From contig DASQBG010000223.1 of the NCBI GenBank assembly GCA_035635335.1, positions 1 through 63,884 on the forward strand: a DNA stretch of 63,884 nt, written 5' to 3'. Below the pieces are notes generated by a model. That model ran no database searches. It saw nothing but the letters and a program-made list of their open reading frames with translations, and was not told where the DNA came from. Shown one piece after another: positions 9,501 through 16,869 of the stretch (within the stretch, counting starts at the first letter, position 1; every line of letters starts with the position of its first letter). The translations under genes and the position numbers were made by a program. Source of the DNA: Myxococcales bacterium. Lineage in GTDB: Bacteria > Myxococcota > Myxococcia > Myxococcales > 40CM-4-68-19.

Positions 9501-9753
9501 CCAGCCCGCGGGCGCGCAGCAGATTGGCGAGCCGCGCGGTCACCTCGGCCTGCTCGGCTTCGCTCCCGCCCAGGGCGAGCAGGCTGCGCAGCGCACGCTC
9601 CTGCTCCTGCTCCTTCGCCTGCACGGCCTGGTCGGCGCCGCGGTGGAGGAGAGCGGAATCCCGCCCCGGCTGGGCGAGCGCCTGCGCGCCCTGCCTGGCC
9701 GCGGACGGGACCGCGGCGACGGCGGCGGCGAGGGCAATGGCGAGCACGGTCAT
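6544..9753 (-). CDS. Large TPR-repeat protein, about 1069 aa (GltD/AgmU/NfsD-like)
   Basis: Track ORF 6544..10794 is over-extended. The ATG at 9753 gives MTVLAIALAAAVAAVPSAARQ (signal), followed by many TPR-like units (YPYALYKAAWCRFNQNAFADALKLL and others). Confidence 0.75.
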   Translation of the reverse strand: MTVLAIALAAAVAAVPSAARQGAQALAQPGRDSALLHRGADQAVQAKEQEQERALRSLLALGGSEAEQAEVTARLANLLRARGLALTIRAAAEADQDPAAAERDKAAAQVARSEGVALYRELLRKFPRAPKLDEALFFLADALQDSGKDEEAVAAARELTRRFPRSAWAPAAHVFVGEHLFEKAKLAEALAEYRAAAEIQTDDVYPYALYKAAWCRFNQNAFADALKLLHKVVAVSLGGDAAHPSGSEANKVQLAREARRDYVLVYARASAPSSAREEFREKFGAQAGQKMLEQYGKLLFDQGRDPEAQLIHRQLLEIHGGSPGAALDQTRLLMIAARGGKRKDLLREAQALVETFQRVKKAAGAEADGREAIDEAEQHAEETLRNLAVQLHNEAKKTRLEDTYAATKALYADYLALFPDAPDAYELRFFDAELLYGLGEKARAASLYEQVVRQDLAARRAGRRPGRWLQRAAWGAVVARAEVAGDGKPKDAHNAQHPLSADEELLASSCRLFLEALPDGQRAVEVAFKLGRLEYVSGRLDDAQKHLSWIALGHPEHELAEFAANLVLDIANLRKDYPAVHDWALRFLADKRLIAHGTLQADLKRVEEQSAYAMADGVEGDAPKAGALLAFVDEHPRGAQTDKAIFGAAAALSRASQVDAALAARARLWKELPGSALVPRALLASAADHAAVGDLADAAALLERYFAGYKREQEARRWRRAHPSKSHRREPEPLYDEAKAQTALHDAAVLREARGELAKALQDRKDALQQWPRAADRDEQVFALNLLRARAGDPARAARELADLARSARGNPALQMSSWRESARLFTAARETGNASWAWRQLETVWRGLSANGRAALPPEASAAAAEAHFALGLPTFEDFKKQQIHPPLARTLNRKIALLQQMKKRAEETVAMRQAGPAVCALAQLGEAQMLLAHAIATSPAPGGLSADERKLYRDALQEKAGPLLAEARETLAGADARSRELGVTGPCVARAGSLLEKLGTKPQPRAELAVARMPISQVPELVTADGRPAGPERGSSPSGIAPGSKSDGTSKAVSPAQIIGGTSGRDR

Positions 9754-9938
9754 GGCGGGCGCACGACTCCTCTCCCGGTGCGGGCACGGTGCAACCTTCG
9801 GGCCTTTTTCGCGCGGCGCTCCCGCCTTCGGTGGCACGCGGCGCAGCCAGCGGATGGGCCGCTGTGACCGCGCGCACGGGGAAATTCGCTTCCCTGGGAA
9901 TCGGGGTGCCCAGACGGCGACGACGAATGGAATTCGCG

Positions 9939-11603
9939 TCAGCGACCGGCGGGCGAAGGCTCGGCGGAGGCGGCGGCGGCCGGAGCGGCAGGGACTTGCG
10001 CCTGCTGCACCGGAGCGGGCGTGGCGGGACGCACGCAGCGGTCGCCGAGGTGGAACCGGTAGCTGCCCAGCTCGTCGCGCCAGTACTCGCCCTGGAACGG
10101 CCACAGCTCCTCGTCGTCGTCCACCTGCGTGGGCGGGCGTCGTTGCGGGCCCGGCGACGCGGGGGACGGTGCCGCGGCCAGCTCTTTCTCGCGGCCGGCG
10201 ATCTCGAAGTCGAGGCGCAGCGCTTGGGCGAGCAGCTCGCGCAATTCGCCCCGCTCGTCCGCCAGGGCGCTCCGCGCGCGATCGCCGGTGCGCTGCAGCA
10301 GATCGACGCGCGCGCTGCGCACTTGCGGCATTACCGCCGAGGCGAGGGCCGAGCCGCGGAACGCGGGCCCGCGCCGATCCATCGAGTCCAGCTCGGCTTC
10401 CATCGCGGCCACCTGCCTGAGGGACAGCGACAGCTCCGGAGTGGAGAGGAGCCGCGCCACCTCGGGCCGGGCCGGCTCGGGCAGCCGGCCCAGCAGCGCC
10501 TGCGCCTGGGAAGCGAGCGCCTCCACGGCAGCCGGCGCGGTGGGCATGAGCTGCAGCGCCTGCGCGAGCCCGTCGTGCAGGGGACGATAGCGCGCCTCGA
10601 ATTCTTGCAGCGCGCGGCGCGCGTCGGGGTAGCGGCAGTTCTCGTACAGCACCAGCGCCTTGAGCACGTGCGATTCGGGGAAATAGCGGCCCTGGAAGAA
10701 CGGGGCGTGCAGCGTGAGGAGGTTCCCGAGCGCCTTCTCGTCCTCGCCGCGACGGAAATGCGACCAGCTCGACTCGAACAGCGCATCGAGCCACTGCGGC
10801 GCGCCCCTCGAGACCCGCGCGTAGAGGGTCTGCGCGCGCGCGTCGTCGCCGCGGGCGTAGGCGAGCCGCGCCAGCTGCAAGAGCGCATTCTCGCGCCGTT
10901 CCACCGCCGCGGCCCCCAGCGGCGTGACGCGCGCAACCGCCTCGAAGTCCTGCTCCGCCGCGGCGGTGTTCCCCGCGGCGAGCGCGGCCAGGGCGCCTAC
11001 CTCGCGCGCCTCGGCTTCGGCCGGGTCGCCAGGCTGGACCTGTCCCGCGATCTGCCGTGCGCGCTCCAACTCCGCCCGGGCGAGACGCTGGACCGCGGTC
11101 ACGCGCGGCGGCGCCGGCTCCTCGGGCAATGCGGCACGCACCGGCGCTCCCGCCGCCGCCGGCGTCAGCGCTGTTCCGGCGGCCGCCATGCCGGCGAACG
11201 CAGAGCCCTCGTCGAGCGGAGCCAGCACCAGCGCTTGCTCGAGATGCGCCCGGGCGACGCGCACCGCGAGCGCCGCCTCGAGCCGCGCGGGAGGCAGGCG
11301 CATTGCCAGGAAGAGGGCGAGGCCGCCTTGCGCGGCCCTCCGCTGCATCTCTCGCGAGGCCGCGCGCGCGGCCTCGCCCTCGCTCGCGCCGAGGACGGAG
11401 AGCGCGACCGTGCCCGTCTCGGGCAGGCCGGCCCGGTCCAGGGTCGCGACGAGCGCGCGGACCTGCGCCCCGGCGCCATCGGCGTCGAGCTTGCCTGCTT
11501 GCAGCGCGGCAAAGGCCCGCGCCGCCTCTTCCTCGGGCTCGGCCGAGCCGCGCGCGGCGAACGCCGCGAAGGCAGCCACCGTCACCACCAGCCCGGGCCT
11601 CAT
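9939..11603 (-). CDS. Periplasmic TPR protein (GltC/NfsC-like)
   Basis: The ATG at 11603 lies 4 nt after the stop of the upstream barrel gene and gives MRPGLVVTVAAFAAFAARGSA (signal). TPR-like repeats follow. The C-terminal motif is ELWPFQGEYWRDELGSYRFHLGDRC. Confidence 0.7.
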   Translation of the reverse strand: MRPGLVVTVAAFAAFAARGSAEPEEEAARAFAALQAGKLDADGAGAQVRALVATLDRAGLPETGTVALSVLGASEGEAARAASREMQRRAAQGGLALFLAMRLPPARLEAALAVRVARAHLEQALVLAPLDEGSAFAGMAAAGTALTPAAAGAPVRAALPEEPAPPRVTAVQRLARAELERARQIAGQVQPGDPAEAEAREVGALAALAAGNTAAAEQDFEAVARVTPLGAAAVERRENALLQLARLAYARGDDARAQTLYARVSRGAPQWLDALFESSWSHFRRGEDEKALGNLLTLHAPFFQGRYFPESHVLKALVLYENCRYPDARRALQEFEARYRPLHDGLAQALQLMPTAPAAVEALASQAQALLGRLPEPARPEVARLLSTPELSLSLRQVAAMEAELDSMDRRGPAFRGSALASAVMPQVRSARVDLLQRTGDRARSALADERGELRELLAQALRLDFEIAGREKELAAAPSPASPGPQRRPPTQVDDDEELWPFQGEYWRDELGSYRFHLGDRCVRPATPAPVQQAQVPAAPAAAASAEPSPAGR

Positions 11604-11607
11604 CGCC

Positions 11608-12444
11608 TCACCGCCCGCCGAACAGCCATGCCACGCCCATTTCCAAGGACAGCTTCCGCTCCCACTCGGCATGCCCGCGGACGCGCGTGCTGTACAGCAC
11701 CTGGCTGGCGCCCAGCCGCAGCAAGAAATTGTTGGAGAAGAAGACGCGCTCCCCGACGGCCACGCGGCCTCCCAGCGCCCAGCGCGAGGCGGTGCCGGAC
11801 ACCGCGTCGGGCGCGATGCGCTCGAGCAGGATTTCCGGCCCCGCCGAGACGTACGCATCGAAGTGGATCGTCTTCTCGCCCGCGAGCGACAGCTTGCCGT
11901 AGATGGGCGCCCAGCCCACCTCCACCCCGGTCATCATGCGGATGTCCCCAGGCGTAGACCGCAACCGTCCCGCCTCGGGGCTGGTGCAGGAGGAGTCGGT
12001 GCAGACGTCGATCGGCGCCGAGAGGAGGGATGCGCCCCCGAGAGCATGAGCGGAGAGCGACCAGCGCTCGTCGAGGTGCTGCTCGAGGCGGACGCCTAGC
12101 AGGACGCTGCGGAAGAACGGGTCGCCGATGGAGAACTGGAACATCGGCTGCGCCTCCAGGCGTCCTCCGATGCGGAACAGCTGCGCGGTCACCGGCGGCA
12201 GCGACGCCGGCGTTCCGCGCATCGCGATGCGCACGGCCGGATCGTTGGCGAGCGCGGGCAGCTCGTTCATCGCAACCGCTTCGGTCGGCGCCTGGCGGGT
12301 AGCCGCGGCCGGCTCGGACGCGGCGGTCGGGGTCGCGGTCGTGGTCGTGGTCGCGTTTGAGGTCGTGTTCGAGGTCGAGGTCGCGCTCGACGTCGTCGCC
12401 CCGGCGAGCAGCGCGAGCGCCGCGCAGATGGGCGCGGCGATCAT
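11608..12444 (-). CDS. Outer-membrane beta-barrel protein, GltA/GltB (NfsA/NfsB) family
   Basis: The ATG at 12444 overlaps the upstream stop (ATGA). The signal is MIAAPICAALALLAGA, followed by a T/S-rich tract. Shared family motifs are APIYGKLSLAGEKTIHFDAYVSAG and GGRVAVGERVFFSNNFLLRLG, with C-terminal LSLEMGVAWLFGGR. It is a paralogue of 12441..13091. Confidence 0.75.
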   Translation of the reverse strand: MIAAPICAALALLAGATTSSATSTSNTTSNATTTTTATPTAASEPAAATRQAPTEAVAMNELPALANDPAVRIAMRGTPASLPPVTAQLFRIGGRLEAQPMFQFSIGDPFFRSVLLGVRLEQHLDERWSLSAHALGGASLLSAPIDVCTDSSCTSPEAGRLRSTPGDIRMMTGVEVGWAPIYGKLSLAGEKTIHFDAYVSAGPEILLERIAPDAVSGTASRWALGGRVAVGERVFFSNNFLLRLGASQVLYSTRVRGHAEWERKLSLEMGVAWLFGGR

Positions 12445-13091
12445 CGGTCGCCCCTGATTCCCGGCAGGTACCAGGAGAGCCCCAGCTGCACCGTCCAGAA
12501 GCCCATCGCGTGGGTCTGCCGCTGACCGTCGACAAGCACGTGCTCGGCGTAGACCTCGCCGCCCACCCGCGCGGTGAGCGCGAGGTTCTCGCCCAGGAAG
12601 AGCCGCTGGCCGATCCCGCCGGTGAGCATGGGCCGGACGCCCCTGCCCGCCTCCGTCTCGGTGAGGACGCCGCCCAGGCCGGCGTCCAGGAAAGTCTCGA
12701 AGTGCACCAGCGCGTCGCCGGGCAGCGCCACCTTTCCGTAGATGGGCGCGATCGACGCCATGCCCGCGAGCGATGCGCGCTGGTGCGACTCGATGATGCG
12801 CGCGTGCAGCTCGCGCTTGGCGATGACCAGCTCCTGCGTCGCCGAGGTGCCCAACCCGCCGGCGTCCAGGCCCACGGAGAGGCCCTCTCGCAGGTGGTAC
12901 ATGCCGCGCAGGCCGCCTCCCCACCGCTGCAGGTACGGATCGGCGATGCTGATCGCGCCGTAGGCCCACAGCTCGACCCGCTTCGCCTGCCGCAAGGGCC
13001 GCTTCTGGACGGCGCTGATCTCGTCCGACTCGCCGGCGCGGGCGGAGGTAGCCAGCAGGCAGGCGGCGAGGAACAGCGGCAACAGGCGCAT
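12441..13091 (-). CDS. Outer-membrane beta-barrel protein, GltA/GltB (NfsA/NfsB) family
   Basis: The ATG at 13091 gives MRLLPLFLAACLLATSARA (signal). Motifs parallel the neighbouring gene: APIYGKVALPGDALVHFETFLDAG, GGIGQRLFLGENLALTARVG and C-terminal WTVQLGLSWYLPG. The track start at 13265 adds an R/P-rich extension and looks spurious. Confidence 0.75.
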   Translation of the reverse strand: MRLLPLFLAACLLATSARAGESDEISAVQKRPLRQAKRVELWAYGAISIADPYLQRWGGGLRGMYHLREGLSVGLDAGGLGTSATQELVIAKRELHARIIESHQRASLAGMASIAPIYGKVALPGDALVHFETFLDAGLGGVLTETEAGRGVRPMLTGGIGQRLFLGENLALTARVGGEVYAEHVLVDGQRQTHAMGFWTVQLGLSWYLPGIRGDR

Positions 13092-13170
13092 GGCGCGGAC
13101 AACATGGGAGCCGGAGGACGGCCGGGCAACCCCTTGCGGCCGTGCCCGAGGGAACCAATTTTCCGCCCGC

Positions 13171-13578
13171 ATGCACCCACTGCGTCCAGCCGGAGCTGTC
13201 CTGCGGAGCACATTCCCGGCCGCGCTCGCCGCGCTGGCGCTGGCCGGAGCCGGCTGCGCGCGCACCGACCTCGGCGCGCCCTGTCACCTGCAGGACGTGA
13301 ACGGGGCGGAGCTCCGGCCGCAGCCTGGCCGCGAGTACCTCTATCTCGGCTCCAGCGAGTGCGAGAGCTTCGCCTGCCTCGCGACGCCCGGGACTGCGGG
13401 GGCATACTGCTCGCAAGCGTGCTCGGGCGAGGGCGGATCGTGCCCCGCCGGCCTTTCTTGTGGTCAACTCAACCTGAACCAGGGTTACCTGGACGCGATG
13501 AAGCAACGCCTTCCCGCCGGCAGGTACCAGCAGCTCTTCGGGCAGTTGGGTGGCACCTATTACTGCCTGAAGAGGTAG
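13171..13578 (+). CDS. Cys-rich lipoprotein, divergent from the Glt/Nfs-like operon. A GltK-type role is only a positional guess.
   Basis: The ATG at 13171 gives MHPLRPAGAVLRSTFPAALAALALAGAGC, a lipobox (LAGAGC). The mature part carries 8 further Cys (CHLQD, ECESFAC, YCSQAC, GSCPAGLSC, YYC). Confidence 0.6.
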   Translation: MHPLRPAGAVLRSTFPAALAALALAGAGCARTDLGAPCHLQDVNGAELRPQPGREYLYLGSSECESFACLATPGTAGAYCSQACSGEGGSCPAGLSCGQLNLNQGYLDAMKQRLPAGRYQQLFGQLGGTYYCLKR

Positions 13579-13614
13579 CCACCTCCGCGCGCCGATGGTG
13601 TACGGTCGCCGCCC

Positions 13615-14076
13615 ATGCGCCGCGGACCGCTCTTCATCGCGCTGCTCCTGGCCGGCTCGTGCCGCGGCGGGGCCTCGCCGGTCCAGGGGAAGGACATGCC
13701 GCAGCCGGCCGTCCGGTTCGAGACATCGCGCGGTCCGTGGGTCGTTCAGGTCGAGGTGGCGCGCACCGACGAGCAGCGGGCGCGCGGCCTGATGTTCCGC
13801 CGCGATCTGCCGCGCGACCACGGGATGCTGTTCCTCTTCGACGAGACGTCCGAGCATCCGTTCTGGATGCGCAACACGCTCATCGCGCTGGACATGATCT
13901 TCCTGGGCGACGACCGGCGGGTGGTGGGAGTGGTGAGCAACGCCGAGCCGCTCACCGAAACGCCGCGCACGGTGGGCAAACCGTCGCGCTACGTGGTCGA
14001 GGTCTCCGGCGGCGAGGCGGCGGCCCATGCCGTCGTTCCCGGCACGCCCGCCGCGTTCCTCGGCATCGAGGAATGA
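13615..14076 (+). CDS. DUF192-family secreted protein
   Basis: 153 aa with signal/lipobox MRRGPLFIALLLAGSC. DUF192 hallmarks are present: ARTDEQRARGLMFR, MLFLFD, FWMRNTLIALDMIFL and YVVEV. Confidence 0.85.
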   Translation: MRRGPLFIALLLAGSCRGGASPVQGKDMPQPAVRFETSRGPWVVQVEVARTDEQRARGLMFRRDLPRDHGMLFLFDETSEHPFWMRNTLIALDMIFLGDDRRVVGVVSNAEPLTETPRTVGKPSRYVVEVSGGEAAAHAVVPGTPAAFLGIEE

Positions 14077-14087
14077 AGCGGCCCGAG

Positions 14088-14477
14088 CTACGTCCTCTGC
14101 AGCAGGCCCTGCATCACGTACCGGCCGAGGCTCTCCTCCATCATGCGCTCGACCAGCGACTCGAACTCGCTGCGCTGCTCGTCGGAGGCGAACACGAAGC
14201 GGATGCCCATCCCGGGCTCCGCGCCCGCGCCGGGCTGCTCGGCCTCGAGGATCCAGGTGACCTCGCCGTCGAGCGTGACGGGTTCCGAGAGCGCCGGCAC
14301 CGCGAGCGCGAAGAGGAAGCGCGTCCCCACCGGCAGCGGGCGCGACGTCTTGATGAAGGTCCCGCCTTTGGAGATGTTCTTCGTGTAGTCCGCGAAGAAC
14401 GCGTTCATGCGCTCGTAATCGACCCGCAGCCGGATCGGCCCGCGAGGCGCGGCGCGGCGGTCGGAGGGCGAGGTCAT
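14088..14477 (-). CDS. PilZ-domain protein (putative c-di-GMP receptor)
   Basis: It carries RRAAPRGPIRLRV (RxxxR) and DYTKNISKGGTFI (D-x-S-x-x-G). This is the stand-alone PilZ type common in myxobacteria. The start is taken at ATG 14477; an alternative GTG lies at 14507. Confidence 0.8.
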   Translation of the reverse strand: MTSPSDRRAAPRGPIRLRVDYERMNAFFADYTKNISKGGTFIKTSRPLPVGTRFLFALAVPALSEPVTLDGEVTWILEAEQPGAGAEPGMGIRFVFASDEQRSEFESLVERMMEESLGRYVMQGLLQRT

Positions 14478-14559
14478 CTCCGGGCAGCATGACAAAACGC
14501 CCGGCACGGCCGCAAGCCGGTGGCGCGAGCTATGGCGCCGTCGGGGGACGTGGTCGTAC

Positions 14560-16710
14560 GTGGCCCTCCTGGCGGCCGTGTCGGTGGTGTGCGCTTTCCT
14601 GCCCCTGGCGGACCACCTGGGCTACGAGCTGGCCGAGGTAGTCGCGCTGTGCGCGGGCCTGTTCGGCGCCGCGCCCGGCGTCGCCGCCGCCCGCGCGGAG
14701 GCTTCTCGCCCTGACGCCGATGCGGCGCGCGCGACCGCGATCGCCGTTCTCCTGGGAACGTCGGCGCTGGTGGTGCCGGTCGCGCTCATCCTGCTGAACG
14801 CGCTGCGCCGGCCGGCGTGCGACCCGGCCGCGGGGCTCGTGCTGTACCTCGCCGTCGCGGTCCCCTCGGGCGTGCTCGCCGCGACGCTGGGCGCCGCCTG
14901 CGGATTCGCAGCGCCGCGGCGCGCCGGATGGATGGTTGCGGCGGTGTTCACGGCGACGCTGCTGGTGTCGCTCTGGCCCGTCGCGCGCGGCCCGCAGATC
15001 TTCGCCTTCCACCACCTGGGAGGATGGTTTCCCGGGCCCATCTACGACGAGGGCATCCGCCCGCCCCGGGCGCTGTGGATCTTCCGCGCCGCGACGATCC
15101 TCTACGCCGGAGCCTCCGCGGGGCTTGCGCTGTTGTCAGGCCCGGGTCGCCGGAGCGCGGCCGGCCTCGCGCTGGTCGCCGCCTGCGGTTTGCCCGCCGC
15201 CTGGCTCTCGCTCCACGCGGAGCGGTTCCACTGGAAGGCCAGCGGCGCCGGCCTCGACGCGGAGCTGGGCGGTTCGCTGCAGACCGAGCACGTGGTGCTG
15301 CACTTCCCGCGGGAGAAGCGCGACGACGAGAGCCGGCTGCTCGCGCGCGACGCCGAGGTCTCCTGGCGCGCGGTCCGGGAGTTCGCGGGACTGCCCCTGG
15401 CCGCGGAGCCGGTGCACGTCTTCCTCTACCGGACTCCCGAGGAGAAGCGGCGCCTGATCGGGGCGGCGGAGACGAGCTTCACCAAGCCTTGGCTGCGCCA
15501 GATCCACACCAACGACGCGCCCGCGCCGCACCCCATCCTGCGGCACGAGCTGGCGCATGCCGCGTTCGCCGGGATCGCGCCGGGACCGTTCGGCGTGCCG
15601 GGCGGGCCCTTCCCGGAGATGGCGCTCGTCGAAGGAGCAGCGGTGGCCGCGGACTGGCCGCCAGGCGAGTTCACGGTGCACGAGCAGGCGCGCGCGCTGC
15701 GCGACCTGAAGCTCCTCCCGGATCTGCCGAGCCTGTTCGCGACAGGGCGCTTCTATGGCGAATCGGGAGCGCGCGCCTATACCGCCGCCGGCTCGGCGAT
15801 CCGGTTCCTCTGGCAGTCGCGCGGGCCCGCTGCCTTCCGCGAGGCTTACGCGCACGGGATTGCGGACCTCGACGGGCTCGCCAGCACGTACGGGGCTTTC
15901 CTCGACACCGTGCCCTCGCACCCGCGCGCCGTCGCCCTGGCGCAGCAGCGGTTCGCTGCTCCGGGGATCGTCCACCGTCCGTGTCCTCACGAGGCTGCCG
16001 AGCTGGAGCGCGAAGCGCAGCGGGCGACGGATCCGAGCCTCGCGGTCCGGCTCTGGTCCCGCTGCGTGCACCTGGAGCCCGACGATCCGCGCCTGCTCCT
16101 GCAGCTCTGGCGCGCGCAGCTGCGCGCCGCCGACCTGGCCGGCGCCTCGGAAACCGGGCGCCGCGCCCTGGCGCACCCCAAGCTGTCGCAACCGCTGCGC
16201 GCGGCGCTCCTCACCGAGTCCGGGGACGCGGCGTGGCGCACCGGCGACGCGGGCGCGGCGCGCGCCCGCTACGAGGAGGCGCGCGCGCTCGTGCAGCCGG
16301 AGCCGCAGGAGCGGGCGCTGGTCGCCCGGCTGTGGGCCCTGGACGATGCCGGTCGCTGGCCCGCGCTGCGCCGGCTGCTGGCGGACGGGGACACCGGGCC
16401 GGAAACGATGCGCCTGCTGCGGGACCTCGATTCGCGCGAGAGGGGGGAAGGTCTCCCTCCCTACCTCGTCGCCAAGCAGCAGCAGAACCGCGCCGAGTGG
16501 GCGGAGTGCGCCCGCTCCGCGCGCGAGGCCCTCTCCCGCAAGCTGCCCGCCGCTCTGTTCCGGCACGAGGCCCTCCGGATGCTCGGCCTCGCCTCCTGGC
16601 ACCTCGGGGACACCGCCTCCGCGCGCGACGCCTTTTCCCTCCTCGGCCAGGACGCCCCTCCCGGCCGCTCCCTCGAATCCTCCCGCTGGCTCCAACTCCT
16701 CACGCCTTGA
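14560..16710 (+). CDS. Polytopic membrane protein with an HExxH (gluzincin-like) domain and a TPR-like C-terminus
   Basis: 716 aa from a GTG start. The N-terminal ~230 aa form about 6 hydrophobic helices. The central part has ILRHELAHAAF ... ALVEGAAVAADW (HExxH plus a downstream E). The C-terminal ~230 aa are Ala/Leu/Arg-rich helical repeats. Confidence 0.7.
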   Translation: MALLAAVSVVCAFLPLADHLGYELAEVVALCAGLFGAAPGVAAARAEASRPDADAARATAIAVLLGTSALVVPVALILLNALRRPACDPAAGLVLYLAVAVPSGVLAATLGAACGFAAPRRAGWMVAAVFTATLLVSLWPVARGPQIFAFHHLGGWFPGPIYDEGIRPPRALWIFRAATILYAGASAGLALLSGPGRRSAAGLALVAACGLPAAWLSLHAERFHWKASGAGLDAELGGSLQTEHVVLHFPREKRDDESRLLARDAEVSWRAVREFAGLPLAAEPVHVFLYRTPEEKRRLIGAAETSFTKPWLRQIHTNDAPAPHPILRHELAHAAFAGIAPGPFGVPGGPFPEMALVEGAAVAADWPPGEFTVHEQARALRDLKLLPDLPSLFATGRFYGESGARAYTAAGSAIRFLWQSRGPAAFREAYAHGIADLDGLASTYGAFLDTVPSHPRAVALAQQRFAAPGIVHRPCPHEAAELEREAQRATDPSLAVRLWSRCVHLEPDDPRLLLQLWRAQLRAADLAGASETGRRALAHPKLSQPLRAALLTESGDAAWRTGDAGAARARYEEARALVQPEPQERALVARLWALDDAGRWPALRRLLADGDTGPETMRLLRDLDSRERGEGLPPYLVAKQQQNRAEWAECARSAREALSRKLPAALFRHEALRMLGLASWHLGDTASARDAFSLLGQDAPPGRSLESSRWLQLLTP

Positions 16711-16726
16711 TTCGGGCAAAACAAAG

Positions 16727-16846
16727 CTCACGCAGAGCTCGCAGAGCACGCAGAGGAGCTTTTGGTCTTGATGCACGATCGGGCACGGGTGCCCGGTTCG
16801 AGGAGAACCAGAATTCCTCTGCGGTCTCTGCGAGCTCTGCGTGAAC
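16727..16846. repeat. Palindromic intergenic element, family A copy 1. Its arms are 3 x 9-nt tandem units.
   Basis: The left arm is CACGCAGAG-CTCGCAGAG-CACGCAGAG (16729..16755). The right arm is CTCTGCGGT-CTCTGCGAG-CTCTGCGTG (16817..16843), which is its reverse complement with 2 mismatches. The 61-nt core contains an inner hairpin CGGGCA-cggg-TGCCCG (16780..16795). The element lies between convergent genes. Confidence 0.9.
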
Positions 16847-16869
16847 CGCAGTTCGACCGGGACGAATTC

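Noticed and set aside
9820-9840. A sigma-54-like TGGCAC motif in the intra-cluster spacer
   Set aside because: It is on the plus strand, the wrong orientation for the operon. The -12 element does not fit: there is no TTGC at the required spacing.
16727-16846. Whether the 9-mer repeat elements (also at 28614, 39741 and 58835) or the GGGGACACCAT units are CRISPR arrays
   Set aside because: The units are 9 nt, directly abutting with no spacers, and arranged as inverted arms. There are only 3 units per arm, and no cas genes are in the window.
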